A stretch of DNA of 64,000 bases. Origin: Eledone cirrhosa (Eukaryota). Below the pieces are notes generated by a model that was not told the DNA's origin, did no database searches, and saw only the letters and a list, made by a program, of their open reading frames with translations. Each line of letters opens with the position of its first letter. The stretch's first letter is position 1. The stretch is from NCBI GenBank assembly GCA_964016885.1, contig OZ024741.1, positions 216,318,001 to 216,382,000 on the forward strand. The letters run 5' to 3'. Below, piece by piece: positions 53,039 to 64,000 of the stretch. The position numbers and the translations under genes were made by a program.

Positions 53039-54236
53039 TATATAGAGAGAGAGATAGATATAGATATAGATATATATCGATATTTGTATATATATATATA
53101 TATATATATTTCGTTTTTGAATTTGTTCAGTAAGATTCTTTATCTGAGAACGTGTGTTGAAACCGATATTGTTATGCTTTGGGAGGGTCATGTTGCCAAT
53201 AAGAAACACACGCACCAGTTGCTTTCACTCCAATTTATTATAAATTAAATTTATAAATTTAAGAATTTATGAATTTATAAATTTCCGGTTGGTTGGTTGG
53301 TTCCATAAACGGACGGTTGTTCATATATTGTCAAAGTTCTTTCGTCACACATTCTGTGACCTCTTCTGTGACTGTGGATTCTTTTCTTTGTTTTGTGCCT
53401 CTCATTTGTTCTGTCCTACGACATCTTGTTTTTGTGTGTGTTGTGTACTAAGTTTGCGCATGTGTTACATCCGGGTATCTGTGTTTGTTTTTATTTGTTT
53501 ATTTATTTGTCTATTTACATGTTACTGGTTGGTTGTTTGTTCTATGTGTGTGTGTTTTCATTTTGTCCTTAATTGTAAGTTGTGATGTTGCTATTCCATT
53601 CATGTTTTCTATTTAATTTTGGTTGGAGTTCATTTATGTTTATTGCCTCTGTGATTTGTCAATACTCCATCAGTACTCCACCAACATGCCAAAATTTGTC
53701 AATACCCCATCAATACTCCACCAACATGCTAAAATAGAACATAAGGGCAAATTAGAGAACAAAGAAATAAAAATAGAATCTACACACAGAAAAGACGCAA
53801 TGTTTAGACAAATCACAGATGCATATACATTATATTTAAGTAACAGCCGTACTAAGAGTGAGAAATGAAATTTCGTTTCATTTTTTCCGTTTCTCGTTTT
53901 CGGTACCCCGGCCGATTAACTCACTCGATATGCAAATTAGGCTGCTCAGCCGTTAATATGCATAAGGAAAGTATATACTTTCAGAGGTTCAATCATCTGG
54001 CAGGAAGGTATACGTTGCTGATGATAGCTAATAAGCTTGAAATTAGTACAGCGTTCCTTTGTCAGTGTTGAACAAATGAGTAACGATGGTTGCTAGACAC
54101 TACGGCTTAATATGGGATGTTTGTTTACAAACACGCGAGCATTATATACGTACATATATATATGTGTGCATGTATGTATATATATATATACATACTACTG
54201 AACGTCTGTATACATATATGTATGTACGTATACATA

Positions 54237-54303
<67 letters not shown>

Positions 54304-54307
54304 TATC

Positions 54308-54340
<33 letters not shown>

Positions 54341-54548
54341 ATATATATCATATATATATATATATATATCATATATCATATATCATATATACTTCATATA
54401 TATATATATACACATGTAACAACTGTTCGCCCAGGCTGCTGGGCGGTTTTCTCATTCCCCAATTAAATTAAGTGACTCATACAACACCGATTATTGGAAA
54501 AAACGTTACCTTCAGCCCCACCAAACCTTTTCCTATGTGCTGTAAAAT

Positions 54549-54648
<100 letters not shown>

Positions 54649-55016
54649 ATCTCTCAACCAAACAACCAACCAAAAAAACTCTCCAACTTAATTTTTCAAT
54701 AAAGAAAATAACAACAATCACTGGAAGAATGCCATTGAGTAAAATTTCTTGAGAAAGAAAAAAGCAGCCGAAATATTCGTTTTCTTTCTTTGAAATGGCA
54801 GATAAATCTCAAAATGTTAATATATAAATAAATAAACGTATTACGTGTGTGTGGATACATATACACACACACACTCTCTCTCTCACTCACTCTCTCTCTC
54901 TTTTTCTTTCTTTCTTTCTCTATCTATATATCTATCTATCGCTCTGTCTCTCTCTTTCTCTCTCTGTCACTCTCTCACTCTCTCTCTCTCTACATATATA
55001 TATGAGTGTGTGTGTG

Positions 55017-55097
<81 letters not shown>

Positions 55098-55186
55098 ATG
55101 TAAAAGGTATACAGAAATAACAACACAATCAGTACAGTATATGGAAGGTATATATTACGTTAACGCATGATATAGCAGGAGGAGGG

Positions 55187-55222
55187 TCTTAACGTTTCGG
55201 ACGCTAGTCCTTCATCAGAAGA
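55187..55222 (-). ncRNA. Minimal type-I hammerhead ribozyme motif (Penelope-associated type)
   Basis: minus strand: tctt-CTGATGA-a-ggac-tagc-gtcc-GAAA-cgtt-aaga. Confidence 0.6.
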
Positions 55223-55559
55223 AAGATTGAGAAATAGAATAGATTGAGAAGACATACATGCTCACATACATACGTACATACATACATACATATATGCCTA
55301 CATACATACATAGTCAACGCGATCAGTCGCATATTTTGGCGTGGGAAGCTATTTATTAAATTTAAGATGAATACTATCTCCGACATTAATGCCACAACGA
55401 CAGTCATGTTGAATAACTGGATATTCTTCTAATTATATCTACTGAAGACACCTTTTATTCGAATTCGTAGAGATATCCGACTAAATACATAATTCATTTT
55501 ACAAGGATTTACAACATCTACGAACCTCGAAGCGTAGGAGCCCGTTTCTCGAGCAAGTC

Positions 55560-56300
55560 TATCTGCATGAAACAGATAAGATCATGAGAGTTGGGAAGGA
55601 ACTCCTCGAGAGATATTGCCTGTGTGATAATCAAAATATCACACCCAGGGATGTCGCTCTGCAGTATCGCAGTGAATCCATGGATAAAAAACTGGCTGCT
55701 TATCAGCAAAACATCATACATGGATATGTTGCCAGGAAGCTCCAGAGTGAGAGTAATATAGATAAGGAAAGTAGTCTATCTTGGACCAACAACCGCTATA
55801 TTGGCTCCCACTTTGAAGAATACGCTTTTGCAATCCAAGAACAGGAAATTAACACGAAATCCCTGATTCACAAAAGAGATAGGGATGCAGGCAAAAGACC
55901 GAGATGTGATAACAAGTGCAGACTCTGCAGAATTAACATCGAAGATGTCACCCATGTCATAAGCAGCTGTCCAAAGATGTCATCGCTGTAGTATCTACCT
56001 ATGAGGCATGATGTAGTGGCCAAAAGCTGTACAATACAATCCGTAGAAAAGATTAGCAAAAAGGAGAATATTTATGCAGAACTGATGAGAAATCTGCAGA
56101 TACTCCACCCTGATTACACCATCAGATGTATGCCTGTGATTTTTGGGATCGCCTCAATACAAATCTTGAGAAACTAGGCTTCACAGGAACAGAAAGAACA
56201 CAACTAGTTAGGAAATTGCAAGTACAATCCATTAATGGAACAGTAAACATATGTAAAACATTCCAAAAATTTTGCATCTAATAACTGCATATACACATGT
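55560..56300 (+). mobile_element. RLE-type (R4/Dong-like) LINE 3' fragment
   Basis: HG..ID..SLSW..AIQEQEINT..CRLC..EDVTHVISSC..YLPMRHDVVAK matches the CCHC + RHD region of RLE elements. Confidence 0.75.
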
Positions 56301-56675
56301 ACAGATCCAAAGCATATACACATGCATACATACAACTCAAAACATACACATCCACTCATACAATAACATCCATATCTACACATGCAGACATACATACATA
56401 TCTACCTAGTGATGTTGTGTAAATTCCAATGAGAGAGTCTTGTGTCTATGTTAGAAACCGACTCTCTCTCTTTCTCTATTGGTAAAAATTTGTGAAATTA
56501 TAAATAACGATTTAGTTTTATGACATTTTTTTCACTGTCTCTTTCTCTTTATCTATCTATTTGTCTATTAATCTATCTATTCCTCTCTCCCCTCCCCTCT
56601 ATCTACCTATCTACCTAAGTATCTATCTATCTATCTATGTATTTATTTCTCCTCCTCTCTCTATTCATCTATATG

Positions 56676-56707
<32 letters not shown>

Positions 56708-56717
56708 GAAAGATATC

Positions 56718-56752
56718 ATGCCTTTATGGTAAATAAAGAAATATATCTATCT
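56718..56752 (+). mobile_element. Extremely 5'-truncated 3'-end stub of the copy-D Tx1 family inside (TATC)n
   Basis: atgcctttatggtaaataaagaaatatatctatct is the exact reverse complement of 23624-23658. Confidence 0.8.
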
Positions 56753-56807
56753 CTTAATCTATCCATCTCTATATATCTACCTACCTCTAGCTACCTGTCT
56801 ATCTAGT

Positions 56808-56861
<54 letters not shown>

Positions 56862-56938
56862 TATATATATATATTATATATATTATAAAATAACAGGAGG
56901 CTGGACTTGCTGTAATTCCTTAAAGGTTTATTATACTA

Positions 56939-59226
<2,288 letters not shown>

Positions 59227-59384
59227 TAAACATTTCAATGACTGGGTTCAGTATGAATCCGGTGACAACATCAGGTATTAGAAATTTAACAAAGGAATAT
59301 AATAGACACAATCCAAGGGGCTGAAAAGGCAGAGAGACGAGAAGGCGGCCAAATATGTAGCAGTTTCTAGTCCGGTCGGCCGCC

Positions 59385-59416
<32 letters not shown>

Positions 59417-59424
59417 GTATATAT

Positions 59425-59969
59425 CACCTTGATCACCTTGACCGACCAGTCTGTCGGGCGTCCATTCAGCGCCGCTGGTCACAGCACGCCGTCCATTCCT
59501 CTCTGGATCGTGATTTCCTCATCCATGTATTGCCAATCGTATTTTTAAAATCGTAACTCCACCCTCGTGGAGGCCTTCCGAGTGGTCGTTTTCGCTCGCG
59601 CGGGTACCGCTCGGCAACTGCGCGGGTCCACCGATTATCGGTGAACCGGGCGACGTGTCCAGCCCATCTGAACTTGCTGCGCATATATTCCGTGATGACG
59701 TCCCTCGCGCCGGACTTCTGTCTGATGACTTTGCTCCTGATGTGCTCTCTCAACGAGATTCCTAGCATTGATCTCTCCATGGCTCTTCGAGCCGTTACCA
59801 GCCTCTGCTCTTCTCTCTTCGCGGAGAGTAAGGGCCGAATGGAAGGCGTTCAATGGCATAAGGGATGTGCTCAAGGGGAGGTTGGACAAGACCACCCGCG
59901 CCAACCTCTTCAATAGCACCGTTTTACCTACAATGTTATATGGCAGTCAAATTTGGGCTACAACGAAGA

Positions 59970-59970
<1 letters not shown>
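59425..59970 (-). mobile_element. RTE-clade LINE insertion, 5'-truncated and 5'-inverted, with TSD
   Basis: minus piece MERSMLG..RWAGHVAR..KRPLGRP; plus piece [16 protein letters not shown]; atgtatatat at 59415-59424 and 59971-59980. Confidence 0.85.
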
Positions 59971-60010
<40 letters not shown>

Positions 60011-60015
60011 ATATA

Positions 60016-60105
<90 letters not shown>

Positions 60106-60630
60106 CTAGAAATTGATTGACATATATATATAAAATAAACATATGAAACAATCACAGGGAATAATTTGTAAAGGTGTGTAAGCAGTAAAGGTGTGTAAGC
60201 ACACATAGCTAGGTAGGTAACTAATTAAAGTTTAACTAGAACTTCAAAAATAGATACCTTATAAATTGATTAATATTCCTTGTATATATTTCATTAAAGA
60301 AATAGATTTCACCATTAATCAATCGGAAGGAAGATTAATCAATTTATAAGATATCTATTTTCGAAGTTCTAGTTAAACTTTAATTAGTTACCTACCTAGC
60401 TATGTGTGCTTACACACTTTTATGAATTATTCCCTGTGATTGTTCCATATGTTTATTTTAGATATATATATATATATATATGATTGTTTAACCATCGTCT
60501 CAGTGTGTTTGGCGTTTAACGTTTGTTATAGCTCTGATTCATCTGAACCATTGAGCACTTGCCTCACATCTCGGAGGTTGTTTTTCATTATTTCGTGGGC
60601 CGAAATGCGAATCTCGATAATTTATGTTTG

Positions 60631-60661
<31 letters not shown>

Positions 60662-60698
60662 CAATCTATTTCTAGTTGAGTATATATATATATATATA

Positions 60699-63203
60699 CT
60701 AGCAGAAGTACCCGGCGTTGCCCGGGTGTAAGTCGACCTTTGGTCTGTTAGAATGTGTGAAAGTTACTTCCCGCGCATCACAGGTTCAAAACTTCGAACT
60801 TCAATGGAAAAAAATAGGTTAGTAGACACAGGTGTGTAATTTATTAATTGTAGTTACACAGTGTATCGTTGAAATTGTTCTCTGCACGACTGACGGAAGT
60901 CAAAATCGCTTGATATTGAATGTTCAGTTAATTTAAAGCAGGGTGAAAATGTCGATTACTTTCAGGGTTTTTTTTTTTACAATTTTTGCGCTCACATGTG
61001 CAGAAGAAGAATTAAAAGGGCCTTTATCTTAACCGCGGCATAATGGCGAGTTTTTTGTGACAGTTTTCAAGAATATAGGACGTTCCTGTAAAAAGTTTTC
61101 CCATGTGTAACTTTGTCTTGTTTTTTTGCGCAAAGTCGAGCCGTTTTATTGATTTTTTACATCAATGCGTGATCTCTGAAGTAGATTTGAGTAGCTAAAA
61201 ACCTGTCCCGGTAAATTTGCTATAGGTGAAAAAAAGTTGATCAAAATTGTATCTAGGGTTATTGCCCTTTGTCACAGCCTCAAGCCTCGTCTGACGGGAT
61301 GTTGGTGATTCCTCCGTCAGCGCTTGTTGGCGACGAAGGCGAACATCAGCAAGCCTTGTCGTACGTGATGTTGGTGACTCAAGCAGCCGGGAAAGACGTC
61401 TATCAGCGAGTCGAGATTCGCGCTCAGCAGGTGTTTCCTAGAGAAAATTAATTAATTCTACTGGTTAGCTAAGCCAATGGCAGTGTCAATAGTAAATGAG
61501 AAAAGTCTAACATGAACAAAAGGGAATCAAAGTAAGACAATAAATTTAATATAACTACGATTAGAATGTTGTAGTTGCTTAAAAGTGGTGACAGTTAGGA
61601 TAAACGCAGTACTTGCTAACATTAAGGGAGAATATTGCATAAAGGATTAATCAATTGTGAATGAACTCATACCTGAGAACGCCTAATTCGTTGTCTCAAA
61701 GCAATAGCTGTACCTTTTTTGGAGGTAAGTCTTGAACGTTTCCGTGTGGGCATAACGACGTGTAACGAAGCTGTTAGGTTAGAGAGAGGTGATTAAATAC
61801 AGAGAGAGATGACACCAGATTCGTTAGCATGGTTACTGGTGAATGGGAAGGTTTGGAAATATGATTACAATAACTTACCGAATTTTCCCGTCTATAAATT
61901 GCACTTAAAATAATTAAATTTAATCAAAAAACAGCTCTGCGCTTTATACTCCGGTGAGCCTTATGTATAAATAATACAATGGTAATCAATCACGGCTCTA
62001 ACAGAAGTAATAGATCTAGACTAAAAGTAAAGAAGATAGCATTTTCTGGTTGGCCTTACACGCCGTTGCGCGGGCCTGATTTTAAATGATACGCCTTATA
62101 TCCTGGTGAGCCTTATAGAGCGGAAAATATCTATTGGAAAAGAATACGAATTCATGACCAAGGTGTGACAAAATAGGCGTCTATACAGCGCCTGAAACAA
62201 ACTTGTCCAAAACCCTAGGATTTTTCTCGTTAAGTATCCACCCAAAAGGAACCGTTTTTTAGTTACAAAAAATAACCAAAGTGTATAGTAGCTATATTTC
62301 TGACATATCATGCCAAAAAGAACAATATATTCAAAAAATGTTCTAAAGTACATTCAATCTCTCTTTTTGACCGATATCTTAATAAGCAAGTTATCGATTT
62401 TTTATTGGCTGTCAGTGTCTATCTGCATGCAGGTGTGCACGTGTGCGCAATTAATTGCAAATACGCTCATAATATTTAGTCGTAAGCAGAACAAAAAATG
62501 CCATTAGAGGTGGGCTAATAATGAAGACACAAACCCTGGTGAACTTACGTTTAAACACCCGAAAAGTTACTCACTTCCTGTGCAAAAGACTGTATTATAA
62601 ATTAAGTAATTTTTTAGAATCTTTTGTTTAAAAAAGGAAAACATTGGTACGACGTAAATTTTTTTACTTGTATTGTATGTGTACAACACAACTTGGTCAA
62701 CGTATTATTTAGTAATTTTTTTTTCAAAAAGCATGATTATTTAAGACTGTTTGAAAATTTACTCACAGCTTTTAGGTTTACAAAAGACACCATTAAATTT
62801 GGTTCCCTTTTCAGTTAGGGATGATACTGTATTTCCACTTGAATAAGGTGGAATATGAAAAGATAAACTCTTTAATGGTCGGTAGTTTACTGAGACAGCT
62901 GGGAAGACATGCAGCTGGCCGTCCAATCAATAACGCACGTCCTTATATGGGCATATGAAATTTATTTTTATTGCGCCAGATGTAAACTAAGAGTTCTTGT
63001 GTTCGAATTCACATAAAATTTCATTGGAATCGAAAAACATTCTGTCATAGGGCCCGATTATCGATTTTTCGAAAATTTCAAGTAGCCTATTCCACTCTAC
63101 GCGTTGAGTTTTATATATGTGTGAGGTTTCATGAAAATTGGATGAACGGTGTAGCATGCAAGTTCGGTACACTAAACAATGTCCATCTTCCCTTTATATA
63201 TAT
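60699..63203 (-). mobile_element. Non-autonomous Helitron-like element, 5' terminus interrupted by a LINE
   Basis: 3' hairpin acccgggcaacgccgggt + CTAG|T at 60699-60728; subterminal catcttccctttatatata resembles 59196-59217. Confidence 0.55.
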
Positions 63204-64000
63204 CTATCTATCTAAGGCGGGTAAAATTCCCGAGATCCATGGACGAGTTCTCTCCAGCGGTCTCTGTCCCTCATTATCGCTGCCATATCCTGCACCTCCA
63301 ACAGACCAGTGTCTGTCCTTAGGGCATCAACATATGTTAACCTTGGTCTTCCTCTTCTAGTGTGTCCATGTAGGGGCTCCCAAAGGAGCACTGAGTGCAA
63401 TGTCAACTCTGGATGTCGGTGAGCATGTCCAGCCAACCTCAGTCTCCTCTGAGTCACTTTTGAGCTGACTTTTGGGATGCTCCCATACAGCTCTGAGTTT
63501 TTCATCCTCAGTGTATACTGATTAATGTTCAGAGCCATCCTCAGCATTCTCGTGTAGCACCCATCCACCATCAGAGCAGGAGAGTTGGGGCGAAAAAGGT
63601 ATCGGATGCTGAATTTGCCGACGACATAGTTTTGGTGACAAATACAGTGAAGGAGGCAGAGGATTTGATGCGGGAGGTTGAGACTGTGTCGATGAGTGTG
63701 GGGCTGAGAATGAATGAGACTAAGACAAAATATCTGGTAGAGAATGTTGAGAAGCCAGAGGGGATCACTAATGTAGGCGGGAAGCCGCTGGAATTGGTTG
63801 AGGACTTCCTGTATTTGGGAGCAGAGATTGGGAATACGGAAGATGATGTGGTTGAGAGGAAGAGCAAGGCCTGGGCGGCGTGTCACAGCTTGAGATCGGT
63901 GTGGAAGTCGGACCTTCGTAGAGACCTGAAAATCCGCCTCTTCATTGCTGTAGTGGAGTCTGTGCTGCTGTATGGGTCTGAGACTTGGACACTGACCAAG
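63204..64000 (-). mobile_element. RTE-group LINE insertion with 5' inversion, runs off the window end
   Basis: minus 63212-63570: DGCYTRMLR..RLRLAGH..RGRP; plus 63571-64000 translates EFADDIVLV..GLRMNETKTK..FLYLG..VLLYGSETWTLTK; (TAGA)n tail. Confidence 0.85.

Overview
Repeat-dense eukaryotic (animal) DNA with no recognisable host gene. The tRNA-derived SINEs resemble octopus families, so a cephalopod origin is likely (inference). About 35 kb is taken up by seven Tx1-clade (L1-group) non-LTR retrotransposons, all on the minus strand and all retaining their 5' UTR. A and B (1-7892) lie head-to-tail in (AAT)n. C-G (19398-46395) form an unbroken 27-kb head-to-tail array of three families joined only by (GATA)n. 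Every copy has frameshifts or deletions; F has the most intact ORF2. The main observation: in all six copies where it can be checked, a consensus spliceosomal donor (G|GTRRGT) overlaps the ORF1 stop codon and a pyrimidine-rich CTGTAG|G acceptor coincides with the ORF2 stop codon. The whole EN-RT ORF2 therefore looks like one 2.9-3.5-kb intron whose removal leaves a complete ORF1 mRNA. The rest of the window holds SINEs, RTE and R4/Dong-like LINE fragments (two with twin-priming-type inversions), non-autonomous Helitron-like elements, fold-back MITE-like palindromes, a minimal hammerhead motif and extensive microsatellites.
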